From: Aquificaceae bacterium
Lineage (GTDB): Bacteria; Aquificota; Aquificia; Aquificales; Aquificaceae
NCBI GenBank assembly: GCA_037925075.1
Contig: JAXSNR010000001.1
Span: forward strand, 448,001 to 512,000
DNA: 64,000 nucleotides
Reading direction: 5' to 3'
Of this stretch, positions 1 through 11,390 are shown piece after piece. Within the stretch, counting starts at the first letter, position 1, and every line of letters starts with the position of its first letter. Made by a program: the position numbers and the translations under genes. The notes beneath the pieces are model-generated. The model was given only the letters and a program-made list of their open reading frames with translations. It did no database searches and was not told the origin of the DNA.

Positions 1-110
1 TCAAGGTAATTGCGGAACAAGTGGAAAGGGAAGAGGAGTTTCAACTGGTTAAGAGTCTCAAATTTGACATGGCACAAGGCTTTTACTTAGGGAAACCTCA
101 AGTACTATGA
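1..110 (+). CDS. 3' end of EAL-domain c-di-GMP phosphodiesterase (partial)
   Basis: Frame from nt 3 reads KVIAEQVEREEEFQLVKSLKFDMAQGFYLGKP, the EAL C-terminal motif; TGA at 108-110 overlaps hisA ATG. Confidence 0.85.
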   Translation, partial: KVIAEQVEREEEFQLVKSLKFDMAQGFYLGKPQVL

Positions 111-811
111 AGGACTTTGTGATACCGGCCATAGACCTCAAAGAAGGTAAGGTAGTAAGGCTATTTAAGGGAGATTTTGAAAAGGTAAAGGTTTATCCAA
201 GCTCTCCCGAAGACATGGCAAAGTTTTTTGAAGAACTTGGCTTCAAAAGGCTTCATGTGGTAGACCTTGACGGAAGCATTGAAGGTGTGCCGGTAAACAT
301 ATCTTCCATAAGGCTTATAAGGAAAGCCTTTTCAGGGCTTGTTGAAGTTGGTGGAGGCATAAGAAACTCAGAAACTTGCAAGCTACTACATGAGGAGGGT
401 ATAGACTTTTTTGTGATAGGTACGCTGGCACTAAAAGAGCCAAAGACCTTTGAACAGATCCTTGAGCTTTTTCCCAACAGGGTTGTGTTGGCTGTAGATT
501 CAAAGGGTGGTAAGGTGGCAGTGGGAGGATGGAAGGAGGAAAGCTCTCTAAAGCCGCAGGAGCTTGCTAGTATATATGATTCAAAAGCCCTATGGGGCTA
601 CCTTTACACAAACATAGACAGGGATGGAACCCTTGAAGGTGTGGATGTAAATCCTTACAGAGAGTTTAAGGCTTTTACAAAAAAGCCCGTGCTTGCTTCT
701 GGTGGTGTGGCAAGCCTTGAGGACATAAAAAAACTTATGGGTGTAGTGGAAGGAGTGGTTGTTGGAAAGGCAATATACGAGGGTAGAATAGACCTTAAAG
801 AGCTGTTATGA
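107..811 (+). CDS. hisA: ProFAR isomerase (His biosynthesis)
   Basis: IPAIDLKEGKVVRL, LHVVDLDG, VGGGIR, DRDGTLEG, ASGGV motifs. Confidence 0.96.
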   Translation: MKDFVIPAIDLKEGKVVRLFKGDFEKVKVYPSSPEDMAKFFEELGFKRLHVVDLDGSIEGVPVNISSIRLIRKAFSGLVEVGGGIRNSETCKLLHEEGIDFFVIGTLALKEPKTFEQILELFPNRVVLAVDSKGGKVAVGGWKEESSLKPQELASIYDSKALWGYLYTNIDRDGTLEGVDVNPYREFKAFTKKPVLASGGVASLEDIKKLMGVVEGVVVGKAIYEGRIDLKELL

Positions 812-818
812 TTTTCCT

Positions 819-1838
819 ATGGTTGGTGTTGTCCTATTTAACATGGGGGGTCCGGACAGTCTTTCTGCCATACAGCCCTTTTTGTATAACCTCTTTTCTG
901 ACCACGATATTATAAGAATGCCCAAACTTGTGCAAAAACCCATGGCATGGCTTATCTCAAAGCTCAGAGCGAAAAAGACAAGACACTACTACCAAATAAT
1001 GGGGGGTAAATCTCCACAAAGAGAACAAACGCAAGCACAAGCTCAGGCTTTGCAAAAGGCACTGGGTGATAACTTTAAGGTGGTGGTCGCACTCAGATAC
1101 TGGCATCCCTTTACAGAAGAAGCACTAAGAGAGCTTCTTTCTTACCCTGTGGAAAAAATAGTTCTTTTGCCCTTATACCCTCAGTACAGTCGTACCACCA
1201 CAGGCTCATCCTTTAACGAGTTTGACAGGGTCTTTAGAAGGCTTACAGGCTACGGAAGAAACTTTTCCCTTACCACCCTAAAGGGTCAAGAAAATCCCTA
1301 CTTTTATCCATCAGCTTTACCCATCTACAGGATAAACTGCTACCACAACCATCCCACCTACATAAGGGCTATGGTGGAAAACATAAAAGAACACCTTACC
1401 AATTGGCGAGAGTACTACTTTCTATTCACAGCCCACAGCCTACCAGTAAGCATAATTAAAGAAGGAGACCCATACCAAAGGCAAACAGAGGAAACAGTTA
1501 GGCTTATTATGGAGCATTTTCCCGAAGTGGAGTACACCTTAGGTTATCAAAGCAAGGTGGGGCCCACCAAGTGGCTTGAGCCCTTTACCGACCAGTTGCT
1601 TATGGATTCAATAAACTTAGGAGTTAAGAAGATAGCGGTTATTCCCGTGTCCTTTACCTGCGAACACTCGGAAACTCTGTATGAGCTTGACCACCTTTAC
1701 GGAGGCATGGCAAGGGAAAAGGGTGTGGACTTTGTGAGAATCCCCACCCTTAAAACTCATCCCACATACATACAAGCCCTTAAGGAGCTTGTGCTTCAGA
1801 CCATCTCAAGCTGTGAAAAGATAAAGGGTATTTCGTAG
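819..1838 (+). CDS. hemH: Ferrochelatase
   Basis: LFNMGGP, LPLYPQYS, FTAHSLP, YQSKVGPTKWLEP, EHSETLYELD. Confidence 0.96.
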   Translation: MVGVVLFNMGGPDSLSAIQPFLYNLFSDHDIIRMPKLVQKPMAWLISKLRAKKTRHYYQIMGGKSPQREQTQAQAQALQKALGDNFKVVVALRYWHPFTEEALRELLSYPVEKIVLLPLYPQYSRTTTGSSFNEFDRVFRRLTGYGRNFSLTTLKGQENPYFYPSALPIYRINCYHNHPTYIRAMVENIKEHLTNWREYYFLFTAHSLPVSIIKEGDPYQRQTEETVRLIMEHFPEVEYTLGYQSKVGPTKWLEPFTDQLLMDSINLGVKKIAVIPVSFTCEHSETLYELDHLYGGMAREKGVDFVRIPTLKTHPTYIQALKELVLQTISSCEKIKGIS

Positions 1839-2218
1839 TCTGCGGACTCTTTGGAATCGGAGGCATGCACCGCATTTTTACCCTTGTCGGTGCCAAAAAG
1901 TGCCCTTATGGAATTGGGAGCTACCCTTCTTGCTTCGTTGCTGTCTGTAGGTCCTATGATCTCTCTTACCCTTCTTATGGCGTCCTCACCCTCTAATACC
2001 ATGGCAACCACAGGACCTGAGGTCATAAACTCCACAAGCTCCCCAAAAAAGGGCCTTTCCTTATGAACAGCATAAAAGCCTTCCGCCTGCTCTCTTGTAA
2101 ATCTGAAGAGCTTAAGAGCACGTATCTTAAAGCCTTCGGATATGAATCTGTCAATTATCTTGCCTGTTGCACCCTTTTCGAAGGCATCGGGCTTAACAAT
2201 CACCAAGGTCCTTTCCAT
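1796..2218 (-). CDS. ndk: Nucleoside diphosphate kinase
   Basis: MERTLVIVKPDA, NAVHASDS active-site His. Confidence 0.98.
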   Translation of the reverse strand: MERTLVIVKPDAFEKGATGKIIDRFISEGFKIRALKLFRFTREQAEGFYAVHKERPFFGELVEFMTSGPVVAMVLEGEDAIRRVREIIGPTDSNEARRVAPNSIRALFGTDKGKNAVHASDSKESADYEIPFIFSQLEMV

Positions 2219-2230
2219 CTTATACCTCCT

Positions 2231-2509
2231 TTATTCTCCTTCAAAGGATTGTAGCTCTTCCATAAGAGATTTCACTTGATGCATTATTGCACCCATAAGG
2301 TTTTCTATAGAAGAGTTCCAGTAGGCTTCGTTAAACATTATCTCCTTTTGTGGACCTTCTTCCTCTCCCTCAATGTAAGTAATCACAGCGGTGGGATACT
2401 CCACATGGTCCTTATCTGGCAACAGTAGTTCCACATCTATCTCTGGTGGTATTGCCATAGACCTTATCCTTTTGGAAAGTTCCTCAAACTTTTCCTTAGG
2501 GTATTCCAT
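2231..2509 (-). CDS. Small acidic hypothetical protein between atpH and ndk
   Basis: 92 aa ORF with host-like codon use; starts 1 nt after atpH stop. Confidence 0.75.
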   Translation of the reverse strand: MEYPKEKFEELSKRIRSMAIPPEIDVELLLPDKDHVEYPTAVITYIEGEEEGPQKEIMFNEAYWNSSIENLMGAIMHQVKSLMEELQSFEGE

Positions 2510-2510
2510 A

Positions 2511-3047
2511 CTAGCCCCTTAGGAACCCTTCAAGTCCCCTTTTAATGGAAACGTCCAGTACAAAGCTGGAGGTTTTTAGAAGGAAGCCACCTATAAGCTC
2601 TGGGTCTTCTAACACTTCAAACTCATAGTCTCTGCCCGTGTAGTCTTTTATCACCCGTTTTATCTTCTCCAGTTCCTGCTCATTTACTCTTCTGGCAAGC
2701 ACAAGCAAAGCTTTGCTAAGCTTTAGAAGCTTTTCCACTTCGTGGTCATATACCCTTTTTACCTCACCGAGAAAAGGTATTGCGTTCAGATCCAGTATGT
2801 ATTCAAGCACTTCGTCAAGCTTTTCTTCTATCCCAAACCTTTCCCTAAGGGCTTTTAAAAAGTTAAGCTTTTTTCCCTTAGGTATTGTAGGGTTAAGCAC
2901 AAAGCCCCTAAGGTCCTTCTCAGATTTGTACAGTCTGTATATAAACTCCAAAAGCTGTGATATTTTCATAAGCTCTTGCCTTTCCTTTTTTACTTTTTCC
3001 AACAGTAATTTTACCAATTTTCTTACCACCTCTGGCCTTGGGTTCAT
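2511..3047 (-). CDS. atpH: ATP synthase delta subunit
   Basis: LNPTIPK..K and EDPELIGG...VLDVSIK OSCP motifs; follows the b subunits. Confidence 0.92.
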   Translation of the reverse strand: MNPRPEVVRKLVKLLLEKVKKERQELMKISQLLEFIYRLYKSEKDLRGFVLNPTIPKGKKLNFLKALRERFGIEEKLDEVLEYILDLNAIPFLGEVKRVYDHEVEKLLKLSKALLVLARRVNEQELEKIKRVIKDYTGRDYEFEVLEDPELIGGFLLKTSSFVLDVSIKRGLEGFLRG

Positions 3048-3538
3048 TGCTTTGCCTCCAGTTTCTTTAGAGATTTCTCTATGTACGCTATCTGAAGCTT
3101 TTCGTCCTTAAACCTTTCTTTGAGGGTTTCCACCGCAAGCTGGTATGCCTTTTCTGCACCATAACGCATAAGCTCTTCCTTTGCCTTTTTTAGCTCTATA
3201 TCTATGATTTCCTTTGCCTTCTCTCTTATCCTGCCGGCTACTTCCTGTGCCTTTTTTTGCTCCTCTTCCTTTATAGTCTGTGCGGTCTGCTGGGATATTT
3301 TGAGCTGCTCCTCGTACCTTCTTTGAGCGTCCTGGAGGCTTTCCTTTGCCCTTTTTAGTTCTTCTTGAGCTTCTGAGAGCTCCTTTTCAGAGCCTACGAG
3401 CTTTTCTGTCAAACCGTTGAAATACCTACCGAAGGCTTCAGATATGGGCTTTTTCCCAAAGTAGTAAACTATACCAAGAAAGGCCAAGATGTTGAGACCT
3501 TTCCACAGGAGTTCAAGGGTGTGGTGTCCTTCGCTCAT
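3044..3538 (-). CDS. atpF: ATP synthase F0 subunit b
   Basis: N-terminal TM (LWKGLNILAFLGIVYYFGKKP) followed by coiled coil. Confidence 0.9.
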   Translation of the reverse strand: MSEGHHTLELLWKGLNILAFLGIVYYFGKKPISEAFGRYFNGLTEKLVGSEKELSEAQEELKRAKESLQDAQRRYEEQLKISQQTAQTIKEEEQKKAQEVAGRIREKAKEIIDIELKKAKEELMRYGAEKAYQLAVETLKERFKDEKLQIAYIEKSLKKLEAKQ

Positions 3539-3975
3539 GCTGCTTCCTCCAGGACCTTGCTGGTTATAAGCTCCGCTACTTCCTTTACCTTTTCATCAAG
3601 CTTTTTCTTTTCTTCCTCAAGACTCTTTCTGAGGTCTTCTACCACCTTGGCTATATACTCTTGAGTTTCCTGCTCTACCTTTGAGAGGATCTCAGCCCTG
3701 AGCCTTTCCGCCTCTCTTCTTGCTTGATCAAGTATCTGGTTTGATTCCCTTCTTCCCTTTTCCAATAAGCTTTGTGCCTCTTGGAGATACCGCTGTGCCT
3801 CTTCCCTTAGCCTTAGAGCTTCTTCTGTATTTTTATGTGTGAGCCTTTCCCTCTCCTCTATGACCTGAGAGTATGGTTTTACAAGAAGGCTCCTAACTAT
3901 GGCGATAAACACAAGGAAAAGAATTGCCTGAATGAAGAGGGTTATGTTAGGATACATCACCTGCTGTATGTCCAT
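3535..3975 (-). CDS. atpF2: ATP synthase F0 subunit b'
   Basis: PNITLFIQAILF..LLVKPY..VIEERE, b'-type TM plus coiled coil. Confidence 0.88.
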   Translation of the reverse strand: MDIQQVMYPNITLFIQAILFLVFIAIVRSLLVKPYSQVIEERERLTHKNTEEALRLREEAQRYLQEAQSLLEKGRRESNQILDQARREAERLRAEILSKVEQETQEYIAKVVEDLRKSLEEEKKKLDEKVKEVAELITSKVLEEAA

Positions 3976-3995
3976 ATGAGCCTCCTAAAACTTTA

Positions 3996-4442
3996 TTATA
4001 ACATATCTTCTATTTCCCTTATAAGCCTTACTCTCCTTTCGTGCCTTCCACCCTCAAAATCTGTGGAAAGCCAAACATCCACTATGGCAATAGCCAAGTC
4101 ATCGCCTATGATTCTGTCTCCAAGACATAGTACGTTGGCATCGTTGTGCATCCTGCTCATGCGAGCCATGTATTCATTAAGACACAAGGCTGCCCTTATG
4201 CCCTTGAATTTGTTGGCTGCTATGGACATGCCTATACCAGTACCACACACAAGTATTCCCCTATGGGCCTCCCCCTTTTGAACCGCAAGACAAACATCTC
4301 TCGCGAAAAGGGGATAGTCCGTGGAGTCTGTGGACTGCGCGCCAAAGTCAAGCACTTGATAACCCTTTGAAAGAAGAAACTCCTTTATCCTCTCTTTAAG
4401 AGGGTAGCCCGCATGGTCTGAACCTATGGCTATGGTGAGCAT
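3996..4442 (-). CDS. rpiB: Ribose-5-phosphate isomerase B
   Basis: GSDHAG, CGTGIGMSIAANK, HNDANVL, FEGGRH. Confidence 0.97.
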   Translation of the reverse strand: MLTIAIGSDHAGYPLKERIKEFLLSKGYQVLDFGAQSTDSTDYPLFARDVCLAVQKGEAHRGILVCGTGIGMSIAANKFKGIRAALCLNEYMARMSRMHNDANVLCLGDRIIGDDLAIAIVDVWLSTDFEGGRHERRVRLIREIEDML

Positions 4443-4550
4443 ACTTCAATAATTATAAACTGTACACGCTGGGTGAAAGGCTATAGCCTAAATAAACCTC
4501 TCCCAAACCCATGGAGGGCTATAATATATAGTAAGCGAAGGAGGGATAAG

Positions 4551-5654
4551 ATGACACCTACTGAAAAGTTAAACGCAGTATCTACAGAAGTTAAGCTCAT
4601 TGATATACTTCAGAAGGCCCTTAAAGCGAACGCCTCTGACATTCATATAACAGCAGGGGCAAGACCTGGGCTTAGGGTTGATGGGAAGATAATCCAACTT
4701 CCCGAATATCCAATACTAAATCCAGAAATGACCCAGAAGATTGCCTATTCTGTTATGTCTGAAAAGCACAGGAAAACCCTTGAAGAAAAGGGGCAGGTGG
4801 ATTTTTCTTTTGGTGTCAAGGATATCGGTCGTTTTAGGGTGAATGTTTTCTTTCAGAGGGGTGCCATTGCAGCGGTCTTAAGAAGACTACCCAACAAGAT
4901 ACTCAACATCAAGGACTTAGGCCTTACAGAGAGGGTTCTGGATCTGTGTCACAAAAGTATGGGCTTGGTGTTGGTTACAGGACCAACGGGCTCTGGAAAA
5001 ACCACTACGCTTGCCTCTCTTATAAACTACATAAATGAAAACTTTCCTCATCACATAATAACCGTCGAGGACCCCATTGAATATGTATTCCAGCATAGAA
5101 AGAGTATAGTAAACCAAAGAGAAATAGGCGAGGATGTGCAAAGTTTTGCGGATGCTCTTAGGGCGGCTTTGCGTGAAGACCCAGATGTTATCCTTGTGGG
5201 AGAGATGAGAGACCTTGAGACCATAGAGATAGCACTCAGGGCGGCGGAAACGGGACACTTAGTTTTTGGGACACTTCATACCAACACCGCAATCTCCACC
5301 ATTACAAGGATAATAGATGTCTTCCCTCCAGAACAGCAGGAGCAGGTCAGAATTCAGCTTTCTTTTGCACTTCAAGGTGTTATATCTCAGAGGCTTGTAC
5401 CAAAGATTGGTGGTGGAAGAGTCCTTGCCTATGAGCTTATGATACCAAACACTGCCATAAGAAACCTCATAAGGGAAAACAAGCTTCAGCAGATATACGC
5501 TATAATGCAAAGTGGACAGGCTCAAACGGGTATGCAGACCATGAACCAATCCCTTTTTGGGCATTACAGGGCTGGTCTTATATCCCTTGAAGAAGCTTAT
5601 AAGTACTCTCCAGATGTAAAGGAGCTGGAAGGAATGATAGGAAGAGGAGGGTAA
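4551..5654 (+). CDS. pilT: Type IV pilus retraction ATPase
   Basis: ASDIH, GPTGSGKT Walker A, EDPIE, LREDPD, AIRNLIRE motif; ATG 4551 follows GAGGG RBS. Confidence 0.95.
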   Translation: MTPTEKLNAVSTEVKLIDILQKALKANASDIHITAGARPGLRVDGKIIQLPEYPILNPEMTQKIAYSVMSEKHRKTLEEKGQVDFSFGVKDIGRFRVNVFFQRGAIAAVLRRLPNKILNIKDLGLTERVLDLCHKSMGLVLVTGPTGSGKTTTLASLINYINENFPHHIITVEDPIEYVFQHRKSIVNQREIGEDVQSFADALRAALREDPDVILVGEMRDLETIEIALRAAETGHLVFGTLHTNTAISTITRIIDVFPPEQQEQVRIQLSFALQGVISQRLVPKIGGGRVLAYELMIPNTAIRNLIRENKLQQIYAIMQSGQAQTGMQTMNQSLFGHYRAGLISLEEAYKYSPDVKELEGMIGRGG

Positions 5655-5656
5655 AT

Positions 5657-6898
5657 ATGCCAAGGTTTAAGTACAGAGCCTTTGACGAAACAGGGACCTT
5701 CGTAGAAAACGAAGCAAACTATCCAACTCAAGAAACCTTGATACTTGAATTACAGCAAAAGGGATTGAGCGTCATAGAGATAGTACAGGTTGAAAAAGAA
5801 AAAGAGAAAGAGGAAGAAAAAGATAAAAAGTCCTCTATTCTTGCACTCTCCTTTGGTGGTAAGGTAAGCGACAGGGACCTTTCCATCTTTTGCAGACAGC
5901 TTGGAACCATGATAAACGCAGGGCTTAGCATAGTGGATGCCCTTAACATATTAGGGGATCAATTACCCAACAGAAAGCTTGCGGATGCGAGTAAAAGGGT
6001 CGCCACTATGGTAAGCGAAGGAAAGCCCATATCCACCGCCATGTCTGAATTTCCCGGCGTCTTTCCCGAGTTTGTGGTCAATCTGGTCAGGGTGGGGGAG
6101 GAAACGGGTAATCTTGATGTTGCCCTTATAAGGGCTGCAAACTACTACGAAAAGATGGCAATGATAAAGAGTAAGATAAAAAGTGCCGCCTTTTACCCTA
6201 CCTTTGTGGTTATAGTAGCTACCGCAATAGTTACTGGCATACTCTACTTTCTGGTTCCAACCTTTGCAGAAATATACACATCCTTAGGAGGGGAGCTTCC
6301 GGCACCCACTCAGATGTTGATAGCTGCCTCCAACGCCTTGAGGTCAAGTATGCTCTTTATACTTGGCTTCATAATAGGTTTTGTTGTAATTTTCAGGTTT
6401 TTTATGAAAAACAGCTATCACTTTAGAAAATCTGTGCACTCTTTTATGCTAAAAGCTCCAAAGATGGGTGAGCTTGTAATGAAAAGTACTATGGCAAAGT
6501 TTGCAAGAACTATGGCAACTCTTTTTTCCAGTGGTGTTGCATTGGAGAGGGCTTTTGAAATAGCAGGTCAGGTCACTGGAAATGTACCAATAAGGGAGGC
6601 CCTTGAATCTGCTAAAAAGGGTGTTATAGAAGGTGAGCCCATGCACAAAGCTCTTGAGAAAACTAAGATGTTTCCAAAGCTGATAATTGCCATGGTGAGG
6701 GTTGGTGAAGATACGGGTAGGCTTGACGAAATGTTGGACACGATAGCAAGGTTTTATGAGGATGAGTTTGATAAGGCTGTGGAGGGTATGATAAAGCTTA
6801 TAGAGCCTATGCTCATAGTCTTTATAGGTGGTGTGGTGGGGTCTATACTAATTGCCCTCTACCTGCCCATATTCAAGCTCGGTGAGTTGATAAAGTAA
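5657..6898 (+). CDS. pilC: Type IV pilus platform protein PilC (T2SS F family)
   Basis: FCRQLGTMINAG, VGEETGNLD, LIEP, LYLPIF. Confidence 0.95.
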   Translation: MPRFKYRAFDETGTFVENEANYPTQETLILELQQKGLSVIEIVQVEKEKEKEEEKDKKSSILALSFGGKVSDRDLSIFCRQLGTMINAGLSIVDALNILGDQLPNRKLADASKRVATMVSEGKPISTAMSEFPGVFPEFVVNLVRVGEETGNLDVALIRAANYYEKMAMIKSKIKSAAFYPTFVVIVATAIVTGILYFLVPTFAEIYTSLGGELPAPTQMLIAASNALRSSMLFILGFIIGFVVIFRFFMKNSYHFRKSVHSFMLKAPKMGELVMKSTMAKFARTMATLFSSGVALERAFEIAGQVTGNVPIREALESAKKGVIEGEPMHKALEKTKMFPKLIIAMVRVGEDTGRLDEMLDTIARFYEDEFDKAVEGMIKLIEPMLIVFIGGVVGSILIALYLPIFKLGELIK

Positions 6899-6923
6899 GT
6901 TTTAAGGTTATAATAAATAGCTT

Positions 6924-8030
6924 ATGGCTCTTAGCGTAGGAATAGTGGGATTGCCCAATGTGGGGAAATCTACCCTGTTTAATGCCCTCATACAGTCCGC
7001 AAAAGCAACCGCCGCCAACTATCCCTTTTGCACTATAGAGCCCAACGTGGGCACGGTGGAAGTTCCAGAAAAGAGGTTATACGAAATAGCGGATCTTGAA
7101 AGGTCAAAGAAGATAACACCAACTTTTATAGAGTTCGTGGACATTGCAGGGCTTGTAAGAAACGCCAGCAAGGGAGAGGGTCTTGGAAACCAGTTCCTTG
7201 CCCATATAAGGGAGGTGGATGCCATAGCTATGGTTCTCAGATGCTTTGAAAACCCTGATGTGGTTCATGTGGAAGGTAGCGTTGATCCAATAAGGGACGC
7301 CCAAATAATAGACCTTGAGCTTATAGCAAAGGATTTGGAAACCGTGGAAAAGAGAATAGAAAAAGTGGAGAAGATGGCAAGGCTGGGAGACAAAAAGGCA
7401 AAGGAAGAATTGGAAAGCCTAAAAGCCATAAGGGAAACCTTGGAAAACATGGAACCCCTCAGGAAACATGTAAAAGAGCTTGGCTCAGAGGTCTATGAGT
7501 ACGCCAAGAAAAGTCTTTTTCTTCTTACCACAAAACCTCTCATGTACGTGGCAAACGTAAGTGAGGTGGACCTGCCAGAGGGCAACGAGCTAAGCAAAAG
7601 GGTTTTTGAATATGCCCACTCGGAAGGCTCTCCTGCAGTGCTAATATGTGCCAAGCTTGAGGAGGAGCTTATAGGCCTTGAGAAGGAGGAAAAGGAAGAG
7701 CTTTTGAAATCATACGGACTTGAAGAGCCGGGGCTAAACAGGCTAATAAGGTCTGCCTATGGGCTTCTTGACCTCATCACCTTTTTCACAGCGGGAGAGA
7801 AGGAAACAAGAGCATGGACGGTAAAAAGGGGCACAAAGGCACCCCAAGCCGCAGGGAAAATCCACTCGGACTTTGAAAGAGGCTTTATAGCCGCAGAGGT
7901 TATAAACTACGAAGATTACCTAAAAGCCGGCTCTATGGTAAAGGCTAAGGAGATGGGTCTTGTAAGGCTTGAGGGTAAAGACTATGAGGTCAAAGACGGT
8001 GATATTGTCTATTTTAGGTTTAATGTGTAG
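6924..8030 (+). CDS. ychF: Ribosome-binding ATPase YchF
   Basis: GIVGLPNVGKST, NYPFCTIEPN, DIAGLV, TGS domain ending FRFNV. Confidence 0.98.
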   Translation: MALSVGIVGLPNVGKSTLFNALIQSAKATAANYPFCTIEPNVGTVEVPEKRLYEIADLERSKKITPTFIEFVDIAGLVRNASKGEGLGNQFLAHIREVDAIAMVLRCFENPDVVHVEGSVDPIRDAQIIDLELIAKDLETVEKRIEKVEKMARLGDKKAKEELESLKAIRETLENMEPLRKHVKELGSEVYEYAKKSLFLLTTKPLMYVANVSEVDLPEGNELSKRVFEYAHSEGSPAVLICAKLEEELIGLEKEEKEELLKSYGLEEPGLNRLIRSAYGLLDLITFFTAGEKETRAWTVKRGTKAPQAAGKIHSDFERGFIAAEVINYEDYLKAGSMVKAKEMGLVRLEGKDYEVKDGDIVYFRFNV

Positions 8031-8041
8031 ATTTAATACCC

Positions 8042-8887
8042 ATGTACAGAGAGCTTGACAATCAAACAAAGGAAGACCTAAGAAGCTACTTCCAAGACAG
8101 GGACTACATGGTGGTCTCCGTACCAAAAGATGAACTAATAAGGGTTTACACCCTTCAGGCAAACTATACGGTGACAACCGCAAGAAGGATACACGATTTG
8201 GAGGAAAAAAGGGCGGAGCTTTTGGGCTATGCCCTCATGTCTGCTCTGCTTTTAACCTCCCTTGTAAAGCATGCGACGGAACAAAAGGTGCTTTTCAAAC
8301 TCCAAACGGACTGCGGAGTGGTTGCCACAGAGGCGGACGGTAAGGGTAGAGTAAGAGGCTTTTTGGAGGGTGATCCAGAGGAATGCTGGACTTCTGGAGT
8401 TTTGAACGTGGTAAAGGAGCTGAGGCTCGGTGTGCCCTACACGAGCATAGTTCCTGTGGTGGGTAGAAACCTAAAGGAGGCTCTTTCCTTCTACTTTGAA
8501 CAGTCAGAACAGACAAGGACCTACTTGGACATGCATTTGAAGTTTACCCAAGCCGGTGCCCAGGCAAAGGCTTATCTTGTGCAAGTACTCTCTGGCGTCT
8601 CTCAAAAAAACACTGATCTTATAGAAGAAAACATAAGGAACCTATCCCTTGAAGACAAAAGACCAGAGGATATAGCCCTTGAAATACTCAAGGGTATGGA
8701 AACAAGGCTCATAGGTCTGAAGGAGGTGGAATACTATTGTCCCTGTAGTGAAGAAATAGCACGTTCAAGCCTTATGCTTTTGCAGGAAGAAGAGCTTGAG
8801 GAAATACTAAGCGAGGGTCCTGCGCAGGTGGTATGTAAGTTTTGCAAAAGGGTTTACCGGTTTAGCAAAGAACAGCTTATGATATAA
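8042..8887 (+). CDS. hslO: Hsp33 redox-regulated chaperone
   Basis: YFEQSEQ motif and CPC...CKFC zinc centre. Confidence 0.93.
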   Translation: MYRELDNQTKEDLRSYFQDRDYMVVSVPKDELIRVYTLQANYTVTTARRIHDLEEKRAELLGYALMSALLLTSLVKHATEQKVLFKLQTDCGVVATEADGKGRVRGFLEGDPEECWTSGVLNVVKELRLGVPYTSIVPVVGRNLKEALSFYFEQSEQTRTYLDMHLKFTQAGAQAKAYLVQVLSGVSQKNTDLIEENIRNLSLEDKRPEDIALEILKGMETRLIGLKEVEYYCPCSEEIARSSLMLLQEEELEEILSEGPAQVVCKFCKRVYRFSKEQLMI

Positions 8888-8888
8888 T
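8880..8888 (+). promoter_or_regulatory. Extended -10 promoter (TGATATAAT) of rpsB operon
   Basis: TGnTATAAT consensus just upstream of the rpsB leader. Confidence 0.7.
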
Positions 8889-8894
8889 AGCTTC

Positions 8895-8965
8895 ACAAGA
8901 CCGCACCTTTCCCCGTTGGGTTGCCCCGGAAGGGGTCTGGGAAAGGGTGGCAAAACCCAAGGAGG
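8895..8965 (+). ncRNA. rpsB 5' leader (S2 autoregulatory structure)
   Basis: CACCTTTCCC/GGGAAAGGGTG stem, CCCC-GGAA-GGGG hairpin, TTGGGTT/AACCCAA pairing adjacent to GGAGG RBS. Confidence 0.65.
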
Positions 8966-8970
8966 TTAAA

Positions 8971-9795
8971 ATGGCAGTAGTTTCTATGAGAGACCTTTTG
9001 GAGGCGGGCGTCCACTTTGGACATTCCAAGGGCAGGTGGAACCCGAAGATGGCACCGTACCTATACGGTGTACGCAACGGCATACACATTGTAGACCTAA
9101 ACAAGACGGTGGTCTTTTTAGAACAGGCTTACCACTTTGTGGCGGACAGTGTGGCTCAGGGTGCAGAAGTGCTCTTTGTGGGCACAAAAAAGCAGGCAAA
9201 GGACGTCATAAAGGAAGAGGCGGAAAGGGCTGGCGTGCCTTACGTAAATGAAAGATGGGTTGGAGGCCTTCTTACCAACTTTAGGACCGTTCGTAAGAGC
9301 ATCCTCAAGCTTCATACCCTTGAAAGGATGGAGTCAGAGGGTGTTTTTGATGTGCTTCCCAAAAAGGAGGTAAGAGAGCTAAAGAGAAAAATGGAAAGGT
9401 TAAGGAAGCTATACGGTGGTATAGTTAGCATGGAAAGGCTTCCCAGCATAATCTGGGTTGTGGATACGGTAAGAGAGGCGATAGCTGTACAAGAAGCAAA
9501 GAAGCTCGGCATAACGGTAGTAGCCATAGCAGATTCCAACTGCGACCCCGACCTGATAGATTATCCCGTGCCGGGCAACGACGATGCCATAAAGTCCATA
9601 AAGCTCCTCACATCAAAGATAGCGGATGCAGTGCTTGAGGGCAAGCAAAGAAGAGAAAGCCTTGGAGAAGCTGCCCTTGAAGTGCCAAAAAGAAGGGTTA
9701 TTGCGGTGGAAGAGGAAGAAAAGGTGCTCTTTGAAAAGGCAATGGAGATGTCTGAGAAATACGAATACATAGACAAAGGTGCAGAGGAGGAATAA
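8971..9795 (+). CDS. rpsB: 30S ribosomal protein S2
   Basis: [32 protein letters not shown] after GGAGG. Confidence 0.98.
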   Translation: MAVVSMRDLLEAGVHFGHSKGRWNPKMAPYLYGVRNGIHIVDLNKTVVFLEQAYHFVADSVAQGAEVLFVGTKKQAKDVIKEEAERAGVPYVNERWVGGLLTNFRTVRKSILKLHTLERMESEGVFDVLPKKEVRELKRKMERLRKLYGGIVSMERLPSIIWVVDTVREAIAVQEAKKLGITVVAIADSNCDPDLIDYPVPGNDDAIKSIKLLTSKIADAVLEGKQRRESLGEAALEVPKRRVIAVEEEEKVLFEKAMEMSEKYEYIDKGAEEE

Positions 9796-9797
9796 GC

Positions 9798-11380
<1,583 letters not shown>

Positions 11381-11390
11381 GAGGAAGGCC

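Noticed and set aside
4473..4550. N-terminal extensions from the ORF track (pilT, rpsB, uppP, prmA, purF, rpmI, Zn-ribbon protein, lit)
   Set aside because: Downstream starts have better RBS and family-typical N-termini (e.g. PurF MCG)
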